From positions 263,837-327,836 of the forward strand of contig CAVXUZ010000005.1 of the NCBI GenBank assembly GCA_963765125.1: DNA of 64,000 bases, given 5' to 3'. Positions 1 to 9,200 of the stretch are shown here, in pieces (the stretch's first letter is position 1; each line of letters begins with the position of its first letter). Both the position numbers and the translations under genes were made by a program. Below the pieces are notes generated by a model, which saw only the letters and a program-made list of their open reading frames with translations, made no database searches and was not told the DNA's origin. The DNA comes from an uncultured candidate division WWE3 bacterium. GTDB taxonomy: Bacteria > Patescibacteriota > WWE3 > UBA101185 > UBA10185.

Positions 1-1184
1 TTATCTATAGCGATGCCTAATGCGTCTTCATCTGATATTTTATTATTATCCTCACTAAGCATTGTGATTATTTGCGTCTCAGTCAGATCGCGAATTTCTT
101 TTTTATTTATGAATGTATTAAGTACTTTTTTTGCATCACTAGCTTTTGCAACAATTAATTTTGCTTTTTTTATATCTTCTAGTGTTAAAGCCTCAATTGC
201 TCTATTTTTTAGTTCGTTACCTATCTCAAAACTATTTAATATTTCTAATTTTTTGAATGAGTCGGTGTTTTTACTAAGCGCGTTAAACTCCTTTGAAAGT
301 TCTTTAAAATAAGCTTGATCAAACTCCATTGGCGGGATATCGGGTTCTGGAAAGTATCTATAATCTTGTGCGTTTTCTTTTGTTCTCTGGCTTACTGTAC
401 TATTTGTTGACTCTGTAAACCCTCTATTTTCTTGTATAGGCATTTCTCCTTTTTCGAGTAGTTCTCTTTGTCTTTTAATCTCTGCCAATACGGCCTTTTC
501 CATAAATTTAAATGAGTTAATGTTTTTTATTTCAACCTTGTATTTTGGAAGTTCGTTTTTAGCCCTCTGCTCGTCGGTTCTCAGCGAAATGTTTGGTTCT
601 AGCCTAAGTTGGCCCTTTTCCATGTCTGCTTCGCCAACACCGTATTCACGAACTACTTTTTGGACGTACTTTGCAAACTCTACCGCTTCGTCAATATCTT
701 CAAATATTGGTTTTGTTACAACCTCTATTAACGGCATCGAGCTCATATTGAAATCGATAAGAGTTTTGCCACCTTCGTGAATTGACTTAGCTGTGTCTTC
801 TTCTAAATGAATTCTGTCTAATAAAGCCTCTTTTCCAGAAGTTAACAGCATCTTGCCGCCTACACAAAACGGCTGTTTATATTGGCTGATTTGATATCCT
901 TTTGGCAAATCTGGGTAAAAATAATGTTTACGATCAAATTTTGAGTTCTCATTCAAATGACAACCAAAAACCATTCCCAAAAGTTGTGTTTTTCTTACAG
1001 CCTCTTCGTTAGGCACCGGCAACGCACCCGGCAAACCTAAACAAATAGGGCAAGTTACGGTATTTGGCTTTGCGTTATAAATATCTGTGCTACATCTGCA
1101 AAACATTTTTTTTGATGTATCAACATGCACGTGAATCTCTAAACCTAAAACTAAATTGTATTTACCTAATATCTCTTTATTCAT
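1..1184 (-). CDS. gatB: Asp-tRNA(Asn)/Glu-tRNA(Gln) amidotransferase subunit B (GatB), C-terminally truncated by the window edge
   Basis: Hand translation from the ATG at 1184..1182 gives MNKEILGKYNLVLGLEIHVHVDTSKKMFCRCS...HYFYPDLPKGYQISQ...YRYFPEPDIPPMEF. These are GatB hallmark motifs. The frame is still open at position 1. The start overlaps the upstream ORF by 8 nt. Confidence 0.85.
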   Translation of the reverse strand, partial: MNKEILGKYNLVLGLEIHVHVDTSKKMFCRCSTDIYNAKPNTVTCPICLGLPGALPVPNEEAVRKTQLLGMVFGCHLNENSKFDRKHYFYPDLPKGYQISQYKQPFCVGGKMLLTSGKEALLDRIHLEEDTAKSIHEGGKTLIDFNMSSMPLIEVVTKPIFEDIDEAVEFAKYVQKVVREYGVGEADMEKGQLRLEPNISLRTDEQRAKNELPKYKVEIKNINSFKFMEKAVLAEIKRQRELLEKGEMPIQENRGFTESTNSTVSQRTKENAQDYRYFPEPDIPPMEFDQAYFKELSKEFNALSKNTDSFKKLEILNSFEIGNELKNRAIEALTLEDIKKAKLIVAKASDAKKVLNTFINKKEIRDLTETQIITMLSEDNNKISDEDALGIAID

Positions 1185-1455
1185 CTTGCTTATCCTTTAT
1201 TATTTGAAGATCTTTACAGTCATAGGGCATTCCTAAACAATACGAGTCACCAACGCCTATTGCATTAGTACCTTTGGGAGTTGCCATTACCCCACCGCAT
1301 TTACATTCACGCAGGGTTCCTTCACGATATATTCGCGCAGGTTTAGGAAATATAAACGCCGCGATGGCAATAAAAGCAAATAATGCCAACAGTGGTCCGA
1401 TCAGATAAGTAAAATCAGACTTTCTATACTTTTTTATTTCTTGCGGTGTAATCAT
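1177..1455 (-). CDS. hypothetical small membrane protein (92 aa), one TM helix plus a Cys-rich C-terminus, inside the gat operon
   Basis: ORF-track ORF with a hydrophobic segment LIGPLLALFAFIAIAAFIF and a CKCGG...C...C motif. Its start shares 1 nt with the upstream ORF stop and its end overlaps the gatB start. Confidence 0.4.
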   Translation of the reverse strand: MITPQEIKKYRKSDFTYLIGPLLALFAFIAIAAFIFPKPARIYREGTLRECKCGGVMATPKGTNAIGVGDSYCLGMPYDCKDLQIIKDKQDE

Positions 1456-1847
1456 TAAACTCTTACTCCTAAAGTATTTACTGCTTTTCTAAACACTTCT
1501 ATTCCCGTAATTAGCATTGATTGGATTGGCTCGTAACCGCTTTCGTGTACTAACGCGTTTCTCATCTTGTGAGCCGCCCAAATTCTATCGTAATCTTCTT
1601 TTGTAAAAAGATCTTTTGCGTTTTTTAGTCTTTCTCCCATATTTTCACCAAAAACCTTGTCTCGTAATACGTTATCTAACGTTTTATCGGCAGATAAAAG
1701 AGCCTGTCTTAACTGGCTTGGACCTTTGCTTCTCACTAAAATTCCGATGTTATTCCACTCTTGTATAACGTTATCTCTAGTTGCGGGTTTTACTATCGAG
1801 CCGTTGGCGCCAATATTCTCAAATAACTTAAACAAATTAAAAACCAT
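1455..1847 (-). CDS. hypothetical 130-aa protein with an HEPN-like Rx4H motif (AAHKMRNALVHESGY), inside the gat operon
   Basis: The ORF is translationally coupled between gatA and gatB. The C-proximal R-N-A-L-V-H motif resembles the HEPN/HepT Rx4HxY signature. There is no other recognisable similarity. Confidence 0.4.
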   Translation of the reverse strand: MVFNLFKLFENIGANGSIVKPATRDNVIQEWNNIGILVRSKGPSQLRQALLSADKTLDNVLRDKVFGENMGERLKNAKDLFTKEDYDRIWAAHKMRNALVHESGYEPIQSMLITGIEVFRKAVNTLGVRV

Positions 1848-1848
1848 T

Positions 1849-2046
1849 TTATTTAAATATCTTTCTTACAATTAAGACTATTAACAAGCCTCCTAATGCG
1901 TGAGATAAGAACTGCACAAACGCGGGAAGCTCCGATGGTTTCATTCCAAACATTGCTGCAATTAAATAATTTCCAAGCGACACTGCTGCGATTATAAATA
2001 ATGCCAGCATTACTAACCCAAATATACTTGCAGGATTCATTTTCAT
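1849..2046 (-). CDS. hypothetical small membrane protein (65 aa, two predicted TM helices)
   Basis: Hydrophobic ORF whose start overlaps the gatA stop by 4 nt (ATGA-type overlap). Confidence 0.35.
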   Translation of the reverse strand: MKMNPASIFGLVMLALFIIAAVSLGNYLIAAMFGMKPSELPAFVQFLSHALGGLLIVLIVRKIFK

Positions 2047-3509
2047 ATTTTTATTTTATATATCTCCTTATGATATTTTGTAACTTTTTGATAGGCCATC
2101 GCTGCTGCGATTACCTTTGCTTCGTCAAACATATTTCCCATTATTTGTACACCTACCGGCAAACCATTTGAAAAACCGCAAGGTACTGAAGCACCGGTAA
2201 TTCCTGCTATTGAGCTTTGCTCTGCTAACACGTCCATTAATTCACCAAACATAGACGATTTCTGCGATTCTCCTAACGGTAACGCTACACACGGCATAGT
2301 GGGTCCAATTATTAGATCGACTTTTTTAAATGCGTTTTTCAAATCATCAATCAAAAGTGTTCTTACCTTTTGAGCTTTTGAATAATATGCGTCGTAGTAA
2401 CCAGAACTTAGAGTATACGCTCCCAGCATCATACGTTTTTTTGCTTCGTATCCAAAGTCTGTTCGTGGCCCGCCATACCTTATACCGTCAAGGCGAGAAA
2501 GATTAGAAGAAACTTCGGATCTTTGTAAGATTGTGTACACAGCTATTGAATATTTTGGGTCAATGAGATCTATGTCTATTATTTCTGCGCCGAGGTCTTT
2601 AAATACCTCTAAACTTTCTTCTACGTAACGTTTTACATCGTACTCTAGTTCGATTTCAAAATATGACTTCGGTTTGCCAATTTTTATACCCTTCATACTA
2701 ATTTTTTCTGCGTCTTTTAGATAATTCTTTACGGGTTCTTCTGAACTTGTAGCATCTCTAAAATCTTTACCTGCCACAACTTCTAAAACTAATGCTGCGT
2801 CCCTCATGGTTTTTGTAAGTGGACCTGGAGAATCAGTTGATGAAGCCATAGCAACAACACCATAACGGCTAACTCTGCCGTAAGTTGGTTTTAAGCCAGA
2901 AATACCAGACCATGCAGCGGGACCCCTAATACTCCCTGCGGTTTCACTTCCCATTGCGAAAATGCACATATTTGCTGCAACAGCGGCGGCTGAACCTCCT
3001 GAAGAGCCTCCCGGAGATCTTTTTAAATCAAAAGGATTTGCTGTTTTGAAAAAGTCTGATGTTTCTGTGCTCGAACCATGCGCAAATGCATCCATGTTTG
3101 TCTTTCCTAGAAGAACCGCGCCTGCTAGGTTTAACCTGTCAGTTACAGTCGATTCAAACGGAGGAACATAATCTTTTAATATTTTTGAGGACGCTGTTGT
3201 TTTAATACCTTTTGTAGAATAGTTATCTTTTGCTGCATAGGGCAAACCAAGAAGCGGGTATTTATCCCAAGCTTTTTCTTTTAATGACTTTATTACTGAG
3301 TCTGCCCACGAAGCTCTTTCTAAGGCAAATTCGTCGGTTACAGTGACAAAAGCTTTTACTTTGCTGTCTAATGCTTTTATGGTGTCTAAACAGGCGATTG
3401 TTAGCTCTGTCGAGGTGAATTTGCCCTCTTTGAGACCTTTTATTGATTCTTCGATTGTTAATTCATTAAGCTTTTTCATACTATCTTTCAAAAACTGCTT
3501 TTGTACCAA
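2043..3509 (-). CDS. gatA: Glu-tRNA(Gln) amidotransferase subunit A (GatA, amidase family)
   Basis: Amidase signature GGSSGGSAAAVAA. The length and position after gatC fit. The real start may be the internal MKKLNELTIEE at 3479. Confidence 0.9.
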   Translation of the reverse strand: MVQKQFLKDSMKKLNELTIEESIKGLKEGKFTSTELTIACLDTIKALDSKVKAFVTVTDEFALERASWADSVIKSLKEKAWDKYPLLGLPYAAKDNYSTKGIKTTASSKILKDYVPPFESTVTDRLNLAGAVLLGKTNMDAFAHGSSTETSDFFKTANPFDLKRSPGGSSGGSAAAVAANMCIFAMGSETAGSIRGPAAWSGISGLKPTYGRVSRYGVVAMASSTDSPGPLTKTMRDAALVLEVVAGKDFRDATSSEEPVKNYLKDAEKISMKGIKIGKPKSYFEIELEYDVKRYVEESLEVFKDLGAEIIDIDLIDPKYSIAVYTILQRSEVSSNLSRLDGIRYGGPRTDFGYEAKKRMMLGAYTLSSGYYDAYYSKAQKVRTLLIDDLKNAFKKVDLIIGPTMPCVALPLGESQKSSMFGELMDVLAEQSSIAGITGASVPCGFSNGLPVGVQIMGNMFDEAKVIAAAMAYQKVTKYHKEIYKIKI

Positions 3510-3783
3510 AATAATCTTTAATTCTCTCCCCCGTGCTAGATAAAGCCTCTTCTTTTGTTAAAGTCTCACTTTTTTCTTCTTCTTTTTGGAAAACGTTGGT
3601 TAAACCTGTAACTTGAAATGTTTCGGTAACTTTTGATGTGTCTAACTCTTCTAAAACCTTGATGTAGTCAATCGTCTCAGTTAATTTTTCACCAAGAGAG
3701 TCTTGCTCATCCTCAGAAAGCTTTAAATTACTTAGATTTGCTATGTATAAAACCTCTTCTCTTGATAATTTCTTAGTATTCAT
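3481..3783 (-). CDS. gatC: Glu-tRNA(Gln) amidotransferase subunit C (GatC)
   Basis: 100-aa acidic protein immediately upstream of gatA. The N-terminal LSREEVLYIANLSNLKLSEDE is typical of GatC. Confidence 0.8.
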   Translation of the reverse strand: MNTKKLSREEVLYIANLSNLKLSEDEQDSLGEKLTETIDYIKVLEELDTSKVTETFQVTGLTNVFQKEEEKSETLTKEEALSSTGERIKDYFGTKAVFER

Positions 3784-3804
3784 CTTATGTAATATAGCAC
3801 ACAG

Positions 3805-4689
3805 CTACATCGACTCTAAACGCCTTATGCGCTCTTCTATCGGTGGGTGCGTGTCAAAAAGTTTAAAAAACGACTGCATACGCAGGGGGTGGACAATGTA
3901 CATATGGGCTGTCGCACCATTAGCCTCTTCTAGGATCTGTGTGTCGTGGGCTAACTTTCTTAAAGCGTCAGCTAAACCCTCTGGATACCTTGTTAACAGC
4001 GCGGCGGTAGAATCAGCGAGAAATTCCCTTTTTCGACTAATTAGTGCCTTAATTAGAGCCGCAACTAGTGGACTTAGGATGATTAGGACTATACCTATAA
4101 GCACAAATGATCCGCCAAAGCTTGATCTTCTATCTCTACGCCCAAAAAATAATCCACGGGTAAAAAAATCGGCCACAAGAGTAATGGTACCTACCATAAC
4201 AGCCACAACAGTCATAACTAGTACATCGTAATTTTGTATATGCGATAGCTCGTGTGCAACTACACCCTCAAGTTCTCTTTTTTCTAGATGTTCAACTATT
4301 CCTCTAGTAAAGCAAATTACGCTGTGTTCAGGGTTTCGCCCCGTTGCAAATGCGTTCATTGCAGAATCATCAATCATATAAATCTGAGGTTTCTTTAAGC
4401 CAGAAGCGATGCATAGGTTGTCTACCAAATTGTGAAGTTCGGGATTTGCCTCATACTCCACCTTCTTTGCGCTTGAAATCATGAGAACAATTTTGTCTGA
4501 GTAATAGTAAGAAACAACGCTAGAAATGACTGCGTACACTGCTGCTACTACAATAAAATAATAGCCAGCTCCTGGTTCATACCATTCACCAATAAAATAT
4601 CCTAAAAATGAGATAAATATAATTGTCAAAAAGATGATAACTGCCGTATCGCGCTTATTGTTACTAATATGATTGTAGATATTTGGCAT
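3805..4689 (-). CDS. htpX: M48-family zinc metalloprotease HtpX
   Basis: HELSH zinc-binding motif, multiple TM helices, and adjacency to lemA. Confidence 0.85.
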   Translation of the reverse strand: MPNIYNHISNNKRDTAVIIFLTIIFISFLGYFIGEWYEPGAGYYFIVVAAVYAVISSVVSYYYSDKIVLMISSAKKVEYEANPELHNLVDNLCIASGLKKPQIYMIDDSAMNAFATGRNPEHSVICFTRGIVEHLEKRELEGVVAHELSHIQNYDVLVMTVVAVMVGTITLVADFFTRGLFFGRRDRRSSFGGSFVLIGIVLIILSPLVAALIKALISRKREFLADSTAALLTRYPEGLADALRKLAHDTQILEEANGATAHMYIVHPLRMQSFFKLFDTHPPIEERIRRLESM

Positions 4690-4779
4690 AACTGTATTTT
4701 AGCCTTTTATGCCTAAAGTTGTAAGGTTAAAAAAAGGACCCGCCGAAACGAGCCCTTTCTTTTTCATTTACTAATGATT

Positions 4780-5343
4780 TTATTGTTTTGCAGAAAAATC
4801 GACTTTGACGGCTTCTCTTTCTTCAGGAGCAGCTTCAAAAAATTCTTTTTCTTTAAATCCCATAATCATTGCAACCAAGTTTGATGGAACCATCACAATT
4901 TTTTGGTTGAAATCTCTGACCACGCTGTTATAAAACTGTCTTGAATAAGCGACCTTATCTTCAGTGTCTGAGAGCTCTCTTTGCAGGTTTAAAAATCCCT
5001 CTTGAGCTTTAAGATCTGGATAAGCCTCGGCAATAGCAAAAAGGCTCTTTAACGCGCCTGTTAGCATAGTATCAGCATCACCAGCCTCTTTTGGACTGTT
5101 TGCACTCATTAAAGCTGATCTTGCTTTTGTAACATTTTCGAAGACCTCTTTCTCATGAGTTGCGTAACCTTTAACGGTTTCCACAATGTTCGGTATCAAA
5201 TCAACTCTTCTTTTTAATTGAACGTCGATCTGACTCCACGCCTCTTGAATTTTTACTTTAAGAGATTGTAGAGCGTTAAAGATGCCTACTGCGTAAAGTA
5301 AAATTCCCGCAATAACTAAAATTGGTAAAAGTGTAAGATTCAT
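4780..5343 (-). CDS. lemA: LemA family protein
   Basis: N-terminal TM helix plus the conserved LemA core (QEAWSQIDVQLKRRVDLIPN), in the classic lemA-htpX pairing. Confidence 0.8.
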   Translation of the reverse strand: MNLTLLPILVIAGILLYAVGIFNALQSLKVKIQEAWSQIDVQLKRRVDLIPNIVETVKGYATHEKEVFENVTKARSALMSANSPKEAGDADTMLTGALKSLFAIAEAYPDLKAQEGFLNLQRELSDTEDKVAYSRQFYNSVVRDFNQKIVMVPSNLVAMIMGFKEKEFFEAAPEEREAVKVDFSAKQ

Positions 5344-5388
5344 AAATAATTCCTTTCTAAATAACTACGCTAATAGTATCAAAAAAAC

Positions 5389-7155
5389 TTACCTTGCAGA
5401 ACTCTTTTTTAGCTTTAAAAGAAAATCTTTAAGAGTAAGCGTGTTTACAATGTTAGAGGGCAAACACCAACCTCTACGGGCAACGTCAATTGCGTACTTC
5501 ATCAAATCTAGTTGTTCAATTGCGTGTGCGTCAGTACTGACCAGTAAGTCGATGCCTCTCTCTAACGCCTCTTCAACTAAATCCTCAGGTAAGTCTAGCC
5601 TGTTTGGTTGTCCGTTTATTTCTATAATCTTGTTGTTTTCTTTTGCAGCAACAAAAACCTCGCGCCAGTTTACATCGCAAGCCTCTCTTTCGTTTATTAG
5701 TCGCCCAGCCGGATGCGCGATTATATTAATATAGGGATTTTCTAGTGCAGAGATCAATCTTTTTGTTATAGTGTCGCGGTCTTGGTTAAAAGAAGTGTGA
5801 ATTCCACCTATCGCATAATCTAATTTTTTAAGGAGCTCGTCTGGTAACGCCATTTCTTTATCGGCTAGAATATTGACCTCATACCCATAAAGTACTTTTA
5901 TTTTATTTTGTGAGTGATTGAATTGGTCTATCGTCTCTCTAGTTTCGGTAATAATCTTTTCAACTTCTTCAAAACCTCTGCTTTGAATACTTGGTGAATG
6001 ATCAGAAACGCCGTAGTACTCGTAGTCTAGCGCGTTTGCGGCGCTTATCATTTCATGAAGTGTATTAATACCATCAGACGCAATGGTGTGCGTGTGAATA
6101 TCACCTTTTATATCACTACGCGAAATAAGATTGGGCAGTTCATTCTTTGACGCGAGTTCAACCTCGTTTTTACCTTGGCGAAGTTCTGGTGGAACATACT
6201 GTAAATCGAGAAATTTGTAAAAAGCGTCTTCTTCACCAAACTCGTGAAGAACGTTACCTTTTTTAATTCCATATTCTGAGAGAGAACACTTCTTTTTTTC
6301 TATCGCGTAGGTTCGTAGCGAAATGTTATGTGCCTTCGATCCGGTAAAATACTGCATCATGGAGCCATAATTTGAACTTGTGCATACTCTAATATCTACT
6401 TGAACATCATCACCCATAACAACTGACGCCCTCTGCTCACCTTTAACAAGAACTTCTTCTATTTCTTCGAATTTTAGAAAATAATTTATTGCTGCTTCAG
6501 GATTTGTTGTCTTTATAGCAATATCTAAATCACCCACCGTTGCACTTCGACGTCTTAATGACCCTAGTGCAATAGCATCCTCAATCTCTGGATGCCTCTC
6601 TAAATACGAAATAACGCGATCGGCAATTGTTTCAGCAGAAATAAGTAGCATTCTCTGTTTTTCACTTTTCGTCATTTTTATTTCTGAAATCGACTCGAGG
6701 ATTAATTTTTCAGACTTTTCAGCAAAACCAGGAAGAATTCGAATTCTACCCCCTTCTGCTGCCTTTTTTACTTCATCTAAAGCAGTTTCTCTTTTCTTTA
6801 AATTAAACGCCTGCGACAATTTATAAGCTTTTTTGGCTCCAATACCCCTTAGACCAATTAGAGCAAACATGCCCTGTGGTAAATCGTGCTTAATTGCTTC
6901 AAACTCAGTTACTTTTCCTGTGGTAAATAATTCTGTAAGATGCGCAATTAACGTACCTCCAACGCCTGGTATTTCGTCTAGTTTATTATTTTCCCAAAGG
7001 TTATAGACACTTCTTGTAAGACCTTCTATGGCACCAATTGCGTTTTGATATGCGCGAATTCTAAAAAAGTTAAACTCCTTAACCTCCATAGCCGCTAGAA
7101 CTTCTTTTAGCTGGGATACTATTTCTGAATTAGTAATTTTGAATGTTTTAGTCAC
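5389..7155 (-). CDS. polX: DNA polymerase X family protein with a C-terminal PHP phosphoesterase domain (PolX)
   Basis: Helix-hairpin-helix / pol-beta-like N-terminal region and a PHP domain with HTHTIASDG and histidine clusters. Length is about 588 aa. Confidence 0.85.
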   Translation of the reverse strand: MTKTFKITNSEIVSQLKEVLAAMEVKEFNFFRIRAYQNAIGAIEGLTRSVYNLWENNKLDEIPGVGGTLIAHLTELFTTGKVTEFEAIKHDLPQGMFALIGLRGIGAKKAYKLSQAFNLKKRETALDEVKKAAEGGRIRILPGFAEKSEKLILESISEIKMTKSEKQRMLLISAETIADRVISYLERHPEIEDAIALGSLRRRSATVGDLDIAIKTTNPEAAINYFLKFEEIEEVLVKGEQRASVVMGDDVQVDIRVCTSSNYGSMMQYFTGSKAHNISLRTYAIEKKKCSLSEYGIKKGNVLHEFGEEDAFYKFLDLQYVPPELRQGKNEVELASKNELPNLISRSDIKGDIHTHTIASDGINTLHEMISAANALDYEYYGVSDHSPSIQSRGFEEVEKIITETRETIDQFNHSQNKIKVLYGYEVNILADKEMALPDELLKKLDYAIGGIHTSFNQDRDTITKRLISALENPYINIIAHPAGRLINEREACDVNWREVFVAAKENNKIIEINGQPNRLDLPEDLVEEALERGIDLLVSTDAHAIEQLDLMKYAIDVARRGWCLPSNIVNTLTLKDFLLKLKKSSAR

Positions 7156-7158
7156 TGT

Positions 7159-7530
7159 TTAAAATTCAGTAACGCTTTCTTGAGCAGATCTTGATTGACC
7201 GTACGCGTCAAGCTTAGTTTGAAAGGAACTCAAAGTCATAAGTGTTGCAGTAGCAATGATAAGTGAAAGAAGCCAGATATTATTTTTTTTATGAGGTGTG
7301 AATTGGGTAATGCCTACAAATACGTTTAGAACGGCTAAAAACAGTATGGGTATAATATATGTGAATAGGTCAAAAGTAAGAATGTCTTGTATTGGGTAGT
7401 TTTGAAGTGACACCGAGAGCCTAAAGATCGTGATAAGTACCCATAAAACGATTATAAAATTAAATCCACCAAACAGTTTTCTTTCATCACCATGTTTCAT
7501 ATTAATTAAGTATATATTTGCTTTTAACAA
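7159..7530 (-). CDS. hypothetical membrane protein (123 aa), co-directional with and 4 nt upstream of polX
   Basis: ORF with 3-4 predicted TM segments and no recognisable motif. Confidence 0.4.
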   Translation of the reverse strand: MLKANIYLINMKHGDERKLFGGFNFIIVLWVLITIFRLSVSLQNYPIQDILTFDLFTYIIPILFLAVLNVFVGITQFTPHKKNNIWLLSLIIATATLMTLSSFQTKLDAYGQSRSAQESVTEF

Positions 7531-7550
7531 TTATCAATCATGCTAATTAA

Positions 7551-7580
7551 TTGACGCGTTAGCGCTTTATTTGTTAAGAT
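7551..7580 (+). promoter_or_regulatory. candidate sigma70-type promoter for tRNA-Asp (TTGACG, 17-18 nt spacer, TAAGAT)
   Basis: The hexamers sit about 30 nt upstream of the mature tRNA 5' end. Confidence 0.4.
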
Positions 7581-7608
7581 ATCAACGCGCCATTTAGGCA
7601 TATAACTG

Positions 7609-7685
7609 GGGGTGGTAGCTCAGCTGGTTAGAGCGCCTGCCTGTCACGTAGGAGGTCGCGGGTTCGAGTCCCGTCCATCCCGCCA
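7609..7685 (+). tRNA. tRNA-Asp (anticodon GTC), CCA encoded
   Basis: Hand-folded cloverleaf: acceptor GGGGTGG/CCATCCC, anticodon stem CCTGC/GTAGG, loop CTGTCAC, T-arm GCGGG-TTCGAGT-CCCGT. Length 77 nt. Confidence 0.85.
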
Positions 7686-7857
7686 GATTATTCTCATCTC
7701 ATATCTATAAAAGTCCTTGAAAAGGTTATTTCAAAAATGTAATACTATAACTGGTAGAACAAAACTATAAAGTTGTTACTGCTTTGTACTCTGCTCTACT
7801 CTGGATACTTTAAGAAGTATCAATAACGCCCCCACGCATAAGAGTATTTGGTTATGG

Positions 7858-7876
7858 GTTAAAACCTAGTTTTAAC
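7858..7876 (+). promoter_or_regulatory. perfect 8-bp inverted repeat (GTTAAAAC-cta-GTTTTAAC) in the 5' leader of the LysM gene, 4 nt before the SD sequence
   Basis: Read directly from the sequence. It could be a hairpin or a palindromic operator. Confidence 0.3.
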
Positions 7877-7888
7877 ACAGGAGAAAAA

Positions 7889-8428
7889 ATGACAAATTTT
7901 AAAAATAATAATAAGGGTTCTACCAATGACGGTTTGGCACTTATTGTTGGTGGGCTTTTTGTACTTGCTTTAGTATTCGCTACGTATTCATATTTCAATA
8001 GAACTCCTTCACAGGATAAAAATATTAAAGAAGATGCGGTATCAAAAAACGACAGCGCTGAAAAAGAGACTCTAAGTTTAGGTGAAAGAATCAAAGAATT
8101 ATTTAATACAGATTCCAAAAAAGGTGATATTAACGGCACAGGCGGTGCTATGGACGATAAATCAGTAGATAAATCACAGGTATTAGGAACAGGCGGTCCA
8201 AAAGTACTCTACAGCGTTTGGGAAGCAACAGACTATCAAAAGGGTGATATATCTGGCGGTTCTTACGTTGTTAAATCAGGCGACACCTTGTGGGAAATTG
8301 CTGAAGCAGTCTATGGTAATGGCGCAGAATGGACAAAGATATTAGAAGCAAATAGCTCAAGCGTTGGATATCTTCCAAGTGGCGAACAAGCACTCATAAT
8401 GGTTGGTCAAACAATAGTATTACCTTAA
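7889..8428 (+). CDS. membrane-anchored LysM (peptidoglycan-binding) domain protein
   Basis: N-terminal TM anchor. The C-terminal YVVKSGDTLWEIAEAVYGNGAEWTKILEAN matches the LysM consensus. Strong SD sequence AGGAGAAAAAATG. Confidence 0.7.
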   Translation: MTNFKNNNKGSTNDGLALIVGGLFVLALVFATYSYFNRTPSQDKNIKEDAVSKNDSAEKETLSLGERIKELFNTDSKKGDINGTGGAMDDKSVDKSQVLGTGGPKVLYSVWEATDYQKGDISGGSYVVKSGDTLWEIAEAVYGNGAEWTKILEANSSSVGYLPSGEQALIMVGQTIVLP

Positions 8429-8459
8429 TATAGGCTTTATTTTTAATAGAATAACTTGA

Positions 8460-8487
8460 AAACCCTCGTTTCGGTACGGGGGTTTTT
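8460..8487 (+). terminator. rho-independent terminator after the LysM gene, followed directly by a TATAAT box (8489..8494) for tRNA-Gly
   Basis: 9-bp stem (AAACCCTCG / CGGGGGTTT), 8-nt loop, then a T-run. Confidence 0.6.
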
Positions 8488-8521
8488 GTATAATAAAGGG
8501 CGCGCAACGGTAAAAACGTAT

Positions 8522-8596
8522 GCGGGTGTGGCTTAGTGGTAAAGCGTCTCCTTCCCAAGGAGAAGACCGCGGGTTCGAGTCCCGTCACCCGCTCCA
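8522..8596 (+). tRNA. tRNA-Gly (anticodon CCC), CCA encoded
   Basis: Hand-folded: acceptor GCGGGTG/CACCCGC, anticodon stem TCTCC/GGAGA, loop TTCCCAA, T-arm GCGGG-TTCGAGT-CCCGT. Length 75 nt. Confidence 0.85.
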
Positions 8597-8745
8597 TGAA
8601 GATGCACAGTAACCCGAAGGGTTAGTGGGCATATTCATAGGGAATAAGGGACGAGAATGCCGGAAGGCGCGTAAGCGACTGAGGCGGGGTCGAATGCTTT
8701 CAAATCTTAATGAGCTTGCGAATTTAGAGTTGAAAGACATGTGAC

Positions 8746-8766
8746 CGAGTCCCGTCACCCGCTCCA
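8746..8766 (+). repeat. 21-nt exact direct repeat of the tRNA-Gly 3' end (CGAGTCCCGTCACCCGCTCCA; first copy 8576..8596), an att-site-like duplication
   Basis: Identical 21-mer 149 bp downstream of the tRNA. The upstream context does not fold as a tRNA. Confidence 0.7.
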
Positions 8767-8772
8767 GCAAAT

Positions 8773-9195
8773 ATGTGTCCATTTTGCAATATAGACAAAG
8801 AAAAAAATAGAATTATAAAATCAGGAAAATATGTATGGGTTATTATGAGCAATCCACGTCTTGTTGAAGGACACCTCTTAGTAGTTCCAAAAAGACATGT
8901 GGAGAAACTTTCTGAATTGAATAACAAAGAAAAAGATGAACTGATAAACACCACAATTGAGTTTCAAGAACTAATACTAAAGAAGTATGCATCAGGGTGT
9001 GATATAAGACAGAACTGTAGACCCTTCCAAAAAGAAAGCAAATTAAAAGTAAATCATCTTCACCTACACCTACAGCCCAGAGAGCTATTTGACGAACTTT
9101 ACAAAGTATCACAGATTTATGAAAAAGAACTATTTAAGGATTTGGATGGTGGGGAGATTAAGAAATTCACTAAGTTATTCTCGAATATTAAGTAG
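8773..9195 (+). CDS. HIT (histidine triad) family nucleotide hydrolase/transferase
   Basis: Histidine-triad motif VNHLHLHLQP. N-terminal CPFC and the VVPKRH region are typical of HIT-fold proteins. 140 aa. Confidence 0.75.
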   Translation: MCPFCNIDKEKNRIIKSGKYVWVIMSNPRLVEGHLLVVPKRHVEKLSELNNKEKDELINTTIEFQELILKKYASGCDIRQNCRPFQKESKLKVNHLHLHLQPRELFDELYKVSQIYEKELFKDLDGGEIKKFTKLFSNIK

Positions 9196-9200
9196 GATTT

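Noticed and set aside
1-1191. Possibility that gatB is complete and unusually short, reading TAA at positions 1-3 as its stop
   Set aside because: Counting the frame from the ATG at 1184..1182 shows positions 1-3 are out of frame. The ORF runs off the window edge, so gatB is simply truncated by the window.
3743-4231. 162-aa plus-strand ORF antisense to htpX; similar long antisense ORFs at 12345..12743 in ugd, 28398..29132 in ftsZ, 43518..43838 in PBP1A and 30064..30546 in ftsA
   Set aside because: Each lies entirely inside a well-supported gene on the opposite strand. They have low-complexity Ser/Thr/Ala-rich translations typical of antisense frames, and no start signals.
8700-8766. A second tRNA or pseudo-tRNA containing the repeated 3' end
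   Set aside because: Sequence upstream of the repeat (…AAAGACATGTGAC) cannot form the T-stem or acceptor pairing. Only the terminal 21 nt are duplicated.
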